Shown here piece by piece: positions 36,968 through 48,084 of a stretch of DNA of 64,000 bases. Source of the DNA: Squalus acanthias (taxonomy: Eukaryota); NCBI GenBank assembly GCA_030390025.1, contig CM059432.1:135906001-135970000 (forward strand), written 5' to 3'. Each line of letters starts with the position of its first letter. The stretch's first letter is position 1. A program made the position numbers and the translations under genes. Below the pieces are notes generated by a model. The model searched no databases. It was not told where the DNA came from and worked only from the letters and a program-made list of their open reading frames with translations.

Positions 36968-37442
36968 ATAGAATCATAGAAGTTTACGGCACAGAAGGAG
37001 GCCATTTGGCCCATCGTGTCCGTGCCGGCCGAAAAAGAGCTATCCAGCCTAATCCCACTTTCCAGCTCTTGGTCCGTAGTCTTGTAGGTTACGGCACTTC
37101 AAGTGCATATCCAAGTACTTTTTAAATGCGATGAGGGTTTCTGCCACTACCACCCTTTCAGGAAGCGAGTTCCAGACCCCCCCCACCCTCTGGGTGAAAA
37201 ATAATTCTCCTCAACTCCCCTCTAATCCGTCTATCAATTACTTTAAATCTATCTATCTGGTTATTGACCTCTCTGCTAAGGGAAATAGGTCCTTCCTATT
37301 CACTCTATCTAGGTCTCTCAATTTTATACACCTCAACTAAATCTCCCCTCAGCCTCCTCTGTTCCAAAGAAAACAACCCCAGCCTATCCAATCTTTCCTC
37401 ATAGCTAAAATTCTCCAGTCCTGGCAAGATTCTTGTAAATCT
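36968..37442 (-). mobile_element. CR1 3' fragment
   Basis: Reversed tail CATAGAATCATAGAAGTTTACGGCACAGAAGGAGGCCATT; ORF2-end homology. Confidence 0.88.
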
Positions 37443-37723
37443 ATCTTGTCCTGAGTGTGCATGATAAACTGCTCACAAGATGCTAGCAATGCTGGTTTTT
37501 GTGCATAAAAGTAGACTGGATGATAATCCTCCTGGTTTTTCCTCCCTCTCTTGTCTTCTTTTGGTACTTTCCCATGACAACACAGATGAAATTGGTAGTA
37601 CACTCCGTGGAAGATTATCGATGTGAACTGTCATTATCACTCCGTGACATAATTTGGAATTCCAATGTATTGTAAAACCTGAGAGAGTACCACGGTCATC
37701 TTTGTTAGTGTACTTGCTATGAT

Positions 37724-38357
37724 CATAGAATTACATAGAATTTACAGCACAGAAACAGGCCATTTGGCCCAACTAGTCTATGCCGGTGTTTATGCTCCAC
37801 ACGAGACTCCTCCCACTCTATTTAATTCATCTCATCCTATCAACATAACCTGCTATTCCTTTCTCCCTCATGTGCTTATCTAGCTTCCCCTTAAATGCAT
37901 CTATGCTATTCAGCTCAACCACTCCATGTGGTAGCGAGTAATCTGTAATCTCCTCCAGCCCTACAACCCTCCGAGATATCTGCGCTCCTCCAATTCTGGC
38001 CTCTTGAGCATCCCCGATTTTAATCGCTTCGCCATTGACGGCCGTGTCTTCAGCTGCCAAGACCCTAAGCACTGGAATTCCCTCCCTAAACCCCTTCGCC
38101 TCTTTAACACTCTTTCCTCCTTTAAGACGGTCCTTAAAACCTACCTCTTTGTCTGCCCTAATATCTCCTTATGTGGCTCGGTGTGAAATTTTGTTTGATA
38201 AGGCTCCTGTGAAGCACCTTGGGATGCTTTAATATGTTAAAGGTGCTATAGAAATATAAGTTGTTGTTGTTGTTGTTCCACATTCTCACCAGTCTCTGAG
38301 TAAAGAAGTTTCTCCTGAATTTCTTACTGGATTTATCAGTGACTATTTTATATTTAT
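37724..38357 (-). mobile_element. CR1 3' fragment split by an L2 3' end (37940-38276, plus)
   Basis: CR1 GGTAGCGAGT|CCACATTCTC is interrupted by L2 sequence ending in (GTT)n. Confidence 0.85.
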
Positions 38358-39159
38358 GATAGTATGGAAAGTACTCAATATGAAAGTACATCATGTGCCA
38401 AGTACTCTGCTTCCAACAATCAATTAGATCTGTCCTCAAGGGTTTTGGCTTCCAATTCTCTTTAATTTTCTACCTTTACCACACCTCCCCTGAAGTTGCT
38501 GACCCATGTTGGGCTATAGTTCTCTGGGAGATTAATGCCTTCCTGCACAGTGCTGAAGTGTCCATTCTTTATGTCAATCCGGACAATGTGTTTCAGCAGG
38601 TTGTTTAACCAGGCGGGTGGGTGGGGGCTGGGGGCAGCACAATTTAGTCCTCAATTGTCATGTGTCCAAACATTTACATTTTACCAGGGGGGGTCACTGG
38701 ACAGTGGTCAAGGATGGACAACTGTAGTCAGTTTTCCCTCTCATTAGCCTTGGACACGAAAGCCGATTGGACACCCCCATCAACTGCTTCAGTTGAGGTT
38801 GGGTGCCTGAGCACAGAGCAGGGATCGGAACTTGGAGTCTTGGGCTGTGCATAGACTGCAGCGGCAGTGCAAAGTGGCTTCAGTTTGCAACAGCGCTAAA
38901 GTTAACTCCACGGCTGATTTTCTGACTTATCGCTGCCGGCGGGAAACCTTGTCTGCTGGCTAAGTATAATTGGCAAATCATGGGCGTGTTGCCTCTTTTT
39001 TTTTATTCAATGGAAAGAAACTTGTTGGGAGCTCACCAGCAATTTCCCGATACTCTCAGCTGCTGGTTGAAGCTTAAATACTGGGAAACTTTGTATGTGA
39101 GGAGCTGGTGAAATGGCTCCCAACCCAATCATCTGCTTTTACCCTGCCCTGCAGTACAA

Positions 39160-39705
39160 ATGTGGCTCGGTGTCAAATTTTGTTTGCAACGCTCCTATGA
39201 AGCGCCTTGGGACGTTTTACTACATTAAGGGCACCATATAAATGCAAGTTGCTGTTGTTGTTGTTAGGTGTCAGCTTGGCTCAGTGGGTAGCACTCTCAC
39301 CTCTGAATTAGTAGGTCGGGGGTTCAAGTCCCACTCCAGAGACTTCAGCACATAGTTTAGGTTGACAGTACTGAGGGAGTGCTGCACTGTCAGAGGTGCT
39401 GTCTTTCGGATGAGACGTTAAACCGAGGCCCTGTCCGCCCACTCAGGTGGACGTAAAAGATCCCATGGCGCTATTTCGAAGAAGAGCAGAAGGCCCCAAT
39501 ATTTATCCCTCAATCAAAATCACTGAAAAAACAGATTATCTAGTTGTTATCTCATTGCTGTTTGTGGGACCTTGCTATGTGCTGATTGGCTGCTGCGATT
39601 CCTACATTACAACAGTGACTACACTTCAAAAGTACTTCATTGACTGTAAAGTGGATTGGGGTGTCCTGAGGTCATGAAAGGTGCTATATAAAGGCAAGTT
39701 CTTGC
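39160..39705 (+). mobile_element. L2 tail (39160-39265) followed by a Deu-SINE (39268-39705)
   Basis: (GTT)n-ended L2 tail immediately followed by the SINE head GTGTCAGCTTGGCTCAGTGG. Confidence 0.88.
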
Positions 39706-40078
39706 TTTTTACTTTCTTCCTGGTCTACATGATTGGATGCTACTCCACACAGTGCAGTTAAAAACTGAGCCAGAGGAGAGCAATTGTACCGATTCTCTTC
39801 AAAGATCTTTCTGGGCTGGATTTTTCCAACTTTGGTGGGTTCGGGGCGGGTGACGTCCGTGGCATGTGGGGACCCCTGCATCTGTGTCGATCCCGGCCTC
39901 CAACAAGATATTCCGTTGATGGGGCTTGTTAAGCCCGCCCTGTGAGGTGCCCGGCCAATTAATAGAAAGCAGGTCTGATTACGTGTCATCAGACGGTTTC
40001 CTTAAAGGGGCCATGTCCACAATCATTTTGACAGTTCTGCTGTCAGTGTTCTACAGCATTGAGGTGCTGCAAACACTG

Positions 40079-40325
40079 ACGAGCACTGCACAGAGGTCCA
40101 CGGCTGCACCCAAGCTCTCCCATTACTTCCCTCCATATGTTTATGGAGGGAGTCACAGCACGCAGGGAGGTTCTCTTCCCTTCCAATGGGCGGAAGAGAC
40201 CTCCCCAGGAGTCCAACGCAGCCTGGTTGCACATTGCAGAGGAGGGCACAAGCAGGGATGTCGTCAGGAGGACCTGGCTGCAGTGGTACAAATGTTTCAA
40301 TGATCTTATTGGATCACAAAATGTG
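40079..40325 (+). pseudogene. Harbinger Myb/SANT-like DNA-binding protein remnant
   Basis: APKLSHY(frameshift)SLHMFMEGVTARREVLFPSNGRKRPPQESNAAWLHIAEEGTSRDVVRRTWLQWYKCFNDL has the F..E..L / W..IA / R...Q....F.DL pattern of Myb_DNA-bind_5-type domains. Confidence 0.8.
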
Positions 40326-40834
40326 ACTGCAAAGCCACACTCAGCCTCATCCTGCTGTGCAACTCATCACATCCCCATCACTCTGCCTTCCCTACCCCAC
40401 TCCTGCACATCCTTACACACCAACTTACCTTGCACCTCCACCCATCCCTCTCTCTCTATCTACTTTATCACTTCCCCATCTCACTAGCCACCCCTCACAC
40501 TCACACTCATCCTTGTCCAATCATACCAACTAACAACACACAAGGGTAGGCACTTGAGTATTATCACCAATGTTCATGTAAAGTTTCTGTTAATGTGTTG
40601 TCAAACAATGAAAGCTTTATTTTTCAACACTTTGCCTTCTTGGACAGATTTGTGTGCAGCTTTGGAAGTGGCTTAGTGAGTTGTCGTGAATGGTGAGGCA
40701 TAATGGTAACCCCCCCACCCCCAATGGTGATGAGTGTGAAAGGAATGGCTTGGGCATTGTAGAGATGCTTTATGGTGCTGGTGTGGGGTGGTACCAACCT
40801 GGCGCATCATGTGTCAGCCAGGGTGTACAGTGTC

Positions 40835-41075
40835 AAGTGAAGTAAATCTGGCCATGGTGAGGCCATCCTTGGCCTCCCGGGCAGCAATGTGTTCGGGTGC
40901 TGATGCCCTGTGTCCTGTGCAGCATCAAGTGATTGCGGAGAAGGTTGGTGCTGTTGTTGGTGGTGCTGGTGTGCCCGGTGATGCTGGTGTTCCTGGTGAT
41001 GTTGGTGTTGGGGCTGATCGTGGTGGGATTCTGAGGACCAAGGTGAGAATTTTTCAAGGGCACCGATGCTGATGG
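40835..41075 (-). pseudogene. Harbinger transposase remnant: His/Gln-rich N-terminus fused to the C-terminal tip
   Basis: Minus-strand reads IGALEKFSPWSSESHHDQPQHQHHQEHQHH...QPSPQ, then in another frame HIAAREAKDGLTMARF, like the A.R..LI...F end of HARBI1-type transposases; no DDE core. Confidence 0.5.
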
Positions 41076-41881
41076 AATAGATGGCAGGTGAAGTTGAGAT
41101 GACAGAAGCGATCTGTCAATGGTGAGAGAGGTTACTCCAAGGAGGTGACACTGGATAGAGAGTTTGCTCCAAACACTTCAAACCTCCATAAAGCTGAAAA
41201 GTGTATTCCAAATCCTGAAGGCTCCAGCCTCGAAGATTGGAAATTGACCAGCTGTCACCTATTCACTGAAATGGAGAGTTGTTTAAAACCCGACTCACTT
41301 ACCTGGCGGGATCTCCGAGCGACGAGAACCTCATGGAAAACTTGGGAAAATGGTTTGTACCTGGTAAAATGCTGATTAAATTGCTTTAAACACCCTCTCA
41401 ACTATCTGAATTGCCTGACCCGCCGCTTAGTGCCGTGTCTGCAAAGCGCAGGGAGAGCCGGCACCAGGGAAACTCCCAAGGAGGCGGGTTCAGAGTGGGA
41501 TACCGGCCCCCTGTCAATCCTTTTGATTTTGACAGCGGACCCGCCTTCGAACCCGCCCACTGAGCGCCGGCAAAATTCTGGCCTCTGTGTCTGTTTTCCC
41601 CAAATGAGCATTCAAGTGCCTTTGAATGATTCCAGAAATGTTGCCCCCACTACCCGAACCAGACGATCATTCCAGGTATCGATCACTCCTCGCAGGATGT
41701 GTTTTCTGCCACCAGTTCTGAACTTACCTTTGACTAGTTTCTACCTACGTTCTGTGCTTCTGCAATCATGGTTTATTCTTCTATTTCTTCAGGTAACTTA
41801 CATCATCCTGATGTGAAGATATAAAAGATCTGTCAAAATACCTGGGCAGGAATGAGTGATCAGGAGCAAATGAGCTCTTCA

Positions 41882-42480
41882 CGTCTTTCGGATGAGACAT
41901 TAAACATACCAACATACGAACATACATACAAATTAGAAGCAGGAGTCGGCCACTCGGCCCCTCGAGCCTGCTCCGCCATTCAATAAGATCTTGGCTGATC
42001 TGATTACTCCACATTCCCGCCTACCCCCGCTAACCTTTCACCCCCTTGCTTATCAAGAATCTATCTGCCTCTGCCTTAAAAATATTCAAAAGACTCTGCT
42101 TCCCCCGCCCTCTGAGGACGAGAGTTCCAAAGACTCACGACCCTCTGTGAGAAAAAATTTCTCCTCATCTTTGACCGAGGCCCCGTCTGCTCTCTGAGGT
42201 GGACGTAAAATATCCTATGGCACTATTTTGAAGAAGAGCAGGGGAGTTATTCCCGGTGTTCTGGCCAATATTTATCCCTCAATCAAACATTACTAAAAAC
42301 AGATTATCTGGTCATTATCACATTGCTGTTTGTGGGAGCTTGCTATGCGCAAGTTGGCTGCCGCGTTTCCTACATTACAGCAGTGACTACACTTCAAAAA
42401 GTACTTCATTGGCTGTAAAGCGCTTTTGGACGTCCTGAGGTGATGAAAGGCGCTATATAAATGCAAGCCTTTCTTTTTTT
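41882..42480 (+). mobile_element. Deu-SINE (head missing) interrupted by a CR1 tail (41906-42170, minus)
   Basis: GGATGAGACATTAAAC|...|ACCGAGGCCCCGTCTGC continuity across the CR1 insert. Confidence 0.85.
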
Positions 42481-42995
42481 CTGCCATTCCAAACAGTTTA
42501 CTCCTCAATGTAATTCCATAATTCAAGACGCCAATACAGTACAAGCACATGGGATTGTTTTCATATATATTTATTCAACATCACAAAATAAGGCTTTGCA
42601 GTGAGCAATGAGAAACCACTTTGCATGCATTAGAAGATCAGTCATGCTGTACTCACGTCATTCTGCTTCCATGTGACTGTTTGGGCTAACCACATCAGCC
42701 AACCCCAAGAGAGGAGGTGGCTCAAGTTAAAGAAGGCTTGCGTTTTTGTCTAGCCAAATCGTTGTCAAGTTTGAATGGGGATCAGAAGCGAATCATCATG
42801 TCAACATTACTTCTGGTTGGGCAAAATGACGCTGTAAGATAAATACATAGTGGAACAAAAATGAAATAAATCTCAGTGTAATTGCATTAATACGCCTTTG
42901 ATTCATTCCCTGCTTATTCCCCTCTTAGGGAAGCTTATCATTGCATAGCCGGGAGAGATGGTCGATCAACCGTACTCCACCGACTGGCCTGCTGA

Positions 42996-43267
42996 TAGAG
43001 TTGCCAACTCTGGTTGGACGTGTTCCTGGAGGCTTCATCACATGATCTCCCGCCTCGAACCACTCTTGCCCAGTCAAATAGCCTTTTCCCATCTCCAATA
43101 CTTTTATAACTAATAAATGAATATGTTCGAAGAAAATTTTTTAAAAGCACGTTTTTTTTTTAATGCCCCTATGATCTTTCTCCCAGGTGTTGCTCGCAGC
43201 ACTTCCCAGGAGATTAATCTTTAATTCCTGGAGACTCCAGTACAATCCGAGAGGGTTGGCAACCCTC
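42996..43267. mobile_element. hAT-like non-autonomous element
   Basis: Ends TAGAGTTGCCAACTCT and AGGGTTGGCAACCCTC form a TAGGGTTGCCA-type TIR; the 8-bp TSD is only partial (CCTGCTGA/CTTGCGAA). Confidence 0.6.
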
Positions 43268-43599
43268 CTTGCGAAGAGGCCCCAGGTTTCTGCGAAGGGG
43301 GCCTGTTGCTGTACAGTCTGCTCTACCAGGCTTGTCCAAACTCTCCACACCCCCCACGGTCTGCGTATTGCTTCCTGAACCATTGGGCAAGTGATGGAGT
43401 GGCGCAGATGCCTGTTTGTTGGCTAGTGAAGTGGATCTGCTGCTCAATGCAGATTAACTGGCCATTTATTTGTTTGCTGCTTGTAGGACCATGCTGTGCA
43501 CAAATTGGCAGCTGGTTTGCTTATAAAACAGCAACGCAGTTCAAAAGCAATCTCTTGGATGTGAAGTGCTTTGGGATGTGATGAGCTGCGAGATTAATG

Positions 43600-43712
43600 T
43601 AAGTTCTTTCTTTTCTTTCCTCTTTCTTTTCTTCTATTCCTTTCTCTTTTTATTCTTTCTTTCTTTCTTTTGTCCTTTCTTTCTTTCTTTCTTTCGTCCC
43701 TTCTTTCTTTCC
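43600..43712 (+). repeat. Degenerate (TTTC)n microsatellite expanded from a SINE tail
   Basis: About 110 bp of TC-rich repeats directly after a diverged Deu-SINE tail. Confidence 0.85.
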
Positions 43713-44644
43713 CTGTTCTGTAGACACCATTGGATATTAGCATGAAGGTGATGAACTATGATCTGTCATCATTTTCCTGCAAATGTGCTTGTTCGCAGAT
43801 GGTAAAACTCAGCAGCTGGCACTCTGGTGACCCGTAAGAAACGGAGGCACCTCTCCTTGCTTGGTTGGCAGGTAGGCATGTCAAGGCCTGCATGCATAAG
43901 GGCTGACTTCCTCAGTTGAGCGCTTCCCTAGTGCAGAGCCTCGCTCACTTGGGGGTGCAGGCTGGGAAATTGCAGGCCAGGAAGGCCTCATTTTCTGTCC
44001 TTTCATTTAAATGGACAGAAAATTGAGGTTGGGGGGTGGGGGGGAGGGCGCAGGGGGGCTGCGGGTGGCAGCTATGGGCCTCTCATTTATTGGTGGCTGC
44101 TCCCTATGACCACTGCTCAATGCTGGGATCCGGAAATTAACCCTATGGTCTAGGGCCTGCTGTAATGTAGGAAACAATAAATATTAGGAAAGAAAATCAC
44201 AAATGTTTTACCACTTTAAGTACTCCTGCACCCATGGAGCTTCCCTTTCCCACAAAAAAAAGCACAGCTGGCACAAATACCACATTATGGTGCGATGTAA
44301 TCTTTTAAATATTTTTGCGCGGAGCCTGAAGCCTTAATGAGGGCTTGTTCATGACGTCTGTGCAAGCCCTCAGCACCACAGGGGCTTCCCCACCGCACTA
44401 TACCGTCCTCTGCACAGTAGGCCTCAGGCTTCAATCCCAGTTAAAGCAGTGAGTCAGTGCCTTTCACATCTTATCTGCTCCACTGTGTCTTGTTATTTGT
44501 GCTGTACATTTCATTTTCTTTTCCTCTCCAATTTTCCCCGTCGTCAGCTGAATGCGTTGACTTGAGCTTGGGTATAGTTTCTTGGAAGCCAGTTACCCCC
44601 TCCCCCCACCCCCCCCCCGCCCCCAGTATTTGTCCGAGGGGGTG

Positions 44645-44930
44645 TATTCTGGCCTCTTGCGCATCCCCGATTTTCATCGCTCCACCATTGGCGGCCGTAC
44701 CTTCAGCTGCCGAGGCCCTAAGCTCTGAATTCCCTCCCTAAACCTCTCTACTTCTCTCTCCTCCTTTAAGACGCTCCTTAAAACCTACCTCTTTGACCAA
44801 GCTTTTGGTCACCTGTCCTAATTTCTCCTTATGTGGCTCAGTGTCAAATTTTGTCTGATAATGCTCCCATAAAGCGCCTCAGGACATTTTACTACGTTAA
44901 AGACACTGTATAAATGTACGTTGTTGTTGT
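44645..44930 (+). mobile_element. L2 3' end
   Basis: Homologous to 7874-8190 (reverse); ends GTTGTTGTTG. Confidence 0.85.
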
Positions 44931-45389
44931 ATTTCTGCAGAGGATCTCACACTCATATGTCGGATCTTTGTTCATGTCCTTTATCCAGGTTACCACACCT
45001 CTTCTGCCGAAGTCACGGCAGACGAATGGAAGAATCCTCATGGAAATTCATCTCTCACATTCGTCTTGACAGGCCACCACTGCTCAAGCTGAGATAGCTA
45101 CCTCCGTGCAGGGCAGGGATTGAACATGGGATCTTCCTACTTTAAACTAAATTAGGAAACTAGGACGAGGCGACACAGATCCAAACTGGTAAAAGACACA
45201 TTTAGGACTGATATCGGGAGGTTCCTCATGCCAAGAGTGATCAACCTGCAGAATGGACTTCCCAAATAGAGTAGTGGAGGCAAAAACCCTGGAATCATTT
45301 AGAATCAATTGGAATACTTTCTGGATGGATGGATGGGCCGAATGGCCTTCCTCACCTTGTAAGGTTATATATGAATAGCTTAGTTTTTT

Positions 45390-45870
45390 TTACACATTTA
45401 TGGCATGTGGGCATAGGTGGCAAAGCCAGCATTTATTGCCCATCCCTAATTGCCCTTGAGAAAGTGGTGGTGAGCTGTCTTCTTGAACCACTGCAGTCCG
45501 TGTGGTGAAGGTACTCCCACAGTGCTGTTAACGAGGGGGTTCCAGGATTTTGACCCAACGACAATGAAGGAATGGCGATATATTTCCGAAGTCAGGATGC
45601 TGTGTGATTTGCAGGTGGTGGTGTTCCCATGCGCCTGCTGCCCTTGTCCTTCTAGATGGTGGAGGTCGTGGTTTTGGGAAATGCTGTCGAAGAAGCCTTG
45701 GCGAGTTGCTGATTTTCCAAACTAGGTAGTGGACCTGATCTATCGTGAGAGTTTCCATTTTTCACGTGAAGTAAATTCTTTCCCCACCTGTCCTCAGAAA
45801 ACCTTCGCCACACGGACTGCAGTGGTTCAAGAAGAAAGCTTACCACCACCTTCTCAAGGGCAAGTTGGGA
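45390..45870. mobile_element. 3' end fragments of the 12.5-15.4 kb LINE family in inverted arrangement
   Basis: 45390-45710 matches 12520-12850; 45800-45862 is an inverted copy of about 45450-45512. Confidence 0.8.
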
Positions 45871-45874
45871 ATAA

Positions 45875-47079
45875 AGAAAAAAGGAAGACTTGCATTTATA
45901 TAGCGCCATTCACGACCACCAGACGTCCCAAAGCGCTTTACAGCCAATGAAGCACTTTTGAAACATGGCAGCCAATTTGCGCACAGCAAGCTCCCACAAA
46001 CAGCAATGTGATAATGAGCAGATAATCTGTTTTTTAGTGATTTTGGTTGAGGGGTAAATATTGGCTAGGACACCGGGGATAATGCCCCTGCTCTTATTTG
46101 AATAGTGCCATGGGCTCATTTACATCCACTTAAGAGGGCAAATGGGATCTTGGTTTAACATTGCATCCAAAAGATGGTGGGCCAGAAATTCGGCTGTTGT
46201 CGGGTGCGTACGCGCTGTGTACTCACCCGTAAGGCCACCTGAAGTGCCGGTTTCCTGCATGCACTGCGCATGCGCGGGAAACCGGAACTTCCGTTCCCCT
46301 GAAGGGAGGGGTTCAGAAGTCGAACGCGTGCGCGGGAGAGGCTGCACGCACGCAGCGAACTTCAGGTTTTTTTTCAGATTTCTCCGGGAAGGTAAGTATG
46401 GAAGAAGCTGCACTTTTAAAAAGGAGGCGCAAGGCCTGTTTTTAACAAGGTAAGTGGTTAATTAATTACAATTTAAAAATGTTTTCAACAGGTTTATCTT
46501 TTTTAGATACTTTAAAGAAAGGTAAGTTTATTTTTAGCACCGTTTAAAAAGTATAATTAATTTTTTCAAAAATTTAAATTTTTGTTTAAAGTAGTTAATT
46601 TATTTAATTTATAGTTATTTTAAAAATGTGATGTTTTTTTAAAATTTATTTGAAGTTTAAGTGTGGTTTTGGGGCCGCTCTCTATTCATAGATTTGACAG
46701 GTCTTCCTGTCAAATCTATGAATGAAAATGCCCTGCTAGGATTGGCTCTCCATGGCCCACGTGACGCTTCGAACTAACTGCACCCCTGGGATACGCAAGC
46801 ACTGCGCGCCGGCAGCTGCAGGAGGCCCAGGACCCAAAGTCCTCGTGGGCCCAAAGCACAACTGCAGGCGCGGTAGGCAAGTACGTGCGCGATGCTTGCA
46901 CCCGCAGGAAGCCAGAAAGCCGAATTTTTGGCCCGGTATCTCCAACAGTGCAGCACTCCCTCAGATCTGCACTGGAGTGTCAGCCTAGATTTTTGTGCTG
47001 AAGTCTCTAGAGTGGGACTTGAACCGACAACCTTCTGACTCCGAGGCAAGAGTGCTACCAACTGAGCCACAGCTGACAC
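45875..47079 (-). mobile_element. Deu-SINE split by MITE family 2 copy B
   Basis: CATCCAAAAGATGGT|...|GGTATCTCCAACAGTGCAGC continuity; head ends CAGCTGACAC at 47079. Confidence 0.9.
46179..46934 (+). mobile_element. PIF/Harbinger-type MITE, family 2, copy B
   Basis: TIRs GGGCCAGAAATTCGGCT and AGCCGAATTTTTGGCCC; exact 3-bp TSD GGT inside a SINE. Confidence 0.92.
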
Positions 47080-48084
47080 TTGATGGGCAGTAAATACTTA
47101 TAGTGCAAGATGACAAACTGTGCGATGTTTGTGCCCTGTTCAACAGGTTCCACCTGTCACTTTTCATTTCAGTGATCTATTTCAGTAACACGTATCCGCT
47201 TCTGTAGGTAAAAATGATTTATTGTTGTCATCGTCATCACCCAGTTCGCAGAGGGGAGGGCAGAGAGGGGAGGGGGTGGGTGGGGGGGTGTTGGGTGTGG
47301 TGTGGGGGGATGTGGTCTGAAAGAAAAGTCAACCTAATCTCATTCACAGTAGCACATGCCGAGTGGGAGTGTGGTCACCTGAATTATGCATGTCTATTGT
47401 GTTGCAATATCATAAAGCAATGAATACCCTCAGAAACATTTGCAGTACCTCGACATCTATTTACACTCAGCCTGAGCACAATGTCTCCACTGCGAAAGAC
47501 AATTAGTCATATTTGTATGCCGGAATTAATTGAGAGTGAGATGCAGGAGGCATAAAGAGAGAACAAAGAATGCTTTTTTTTTGTCAATTCTTCTAACTGA
47601 CAGCGATAATTAGATATATGAAATTGAAATTTCTCAGCAGGAGGTTTCTGTTGACAATGAATTTTCTTTTATTCTATTCTGTTATTCTTTTGTGCTGTCA
47701 TTTGCGGTCATTTGTTATTCAGCCTGAAACATATAAAAAAGCCAAGCAGTCACGGGGGAAGAAAAAAAAACCACACGCACAAACAACCCCAGCCCCAGAT
47801 GAAATCAGTCTGTAGGGATAGAATTATTAGGTGCACTGGGTAGAAAACATACACAATGACCTGTAGCCTCTGCATCTCTTTCCCCTCCTCCCAGCTCCCC
47901 CACCTCTTCCCGTCGCCCCCGCCCCCACCCCCCCCACCCGCCCGTCTAAATTCCCTACTGACTGACCCAGCAGTCCATATCACCTTTCAGAGTTTGAATT
48001 GAAAAGTGAAAGGGCAGACTGTGTGGTCAGTGTTTTCAATATTCCCCTTGCTAACGATGACATCACCCGTGCAAACCCTTAAAG

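Larger units (their letters stand above)
39813..41583. mobile_element. Internally deleted PIF/Harbinger transposon
   Basis: TIRs GGGCTGGATTTT and AAAATTCTGGCC with 3-bp TSD TCT; convergent Myb/SANT-like and transposase-like remnants; subterminal sequence shared with family-1 MITEs. Confidence 0.88.

Noticed and set aside
40960..41015. 18-bp tandem repeat or CRISPR-like array
   Set aside because: Three degenerate units with no spacers; a low-complexity His/Gln-coding stretch of the transposon. No CRISPR array or prokaryotic operon is visible in the window.
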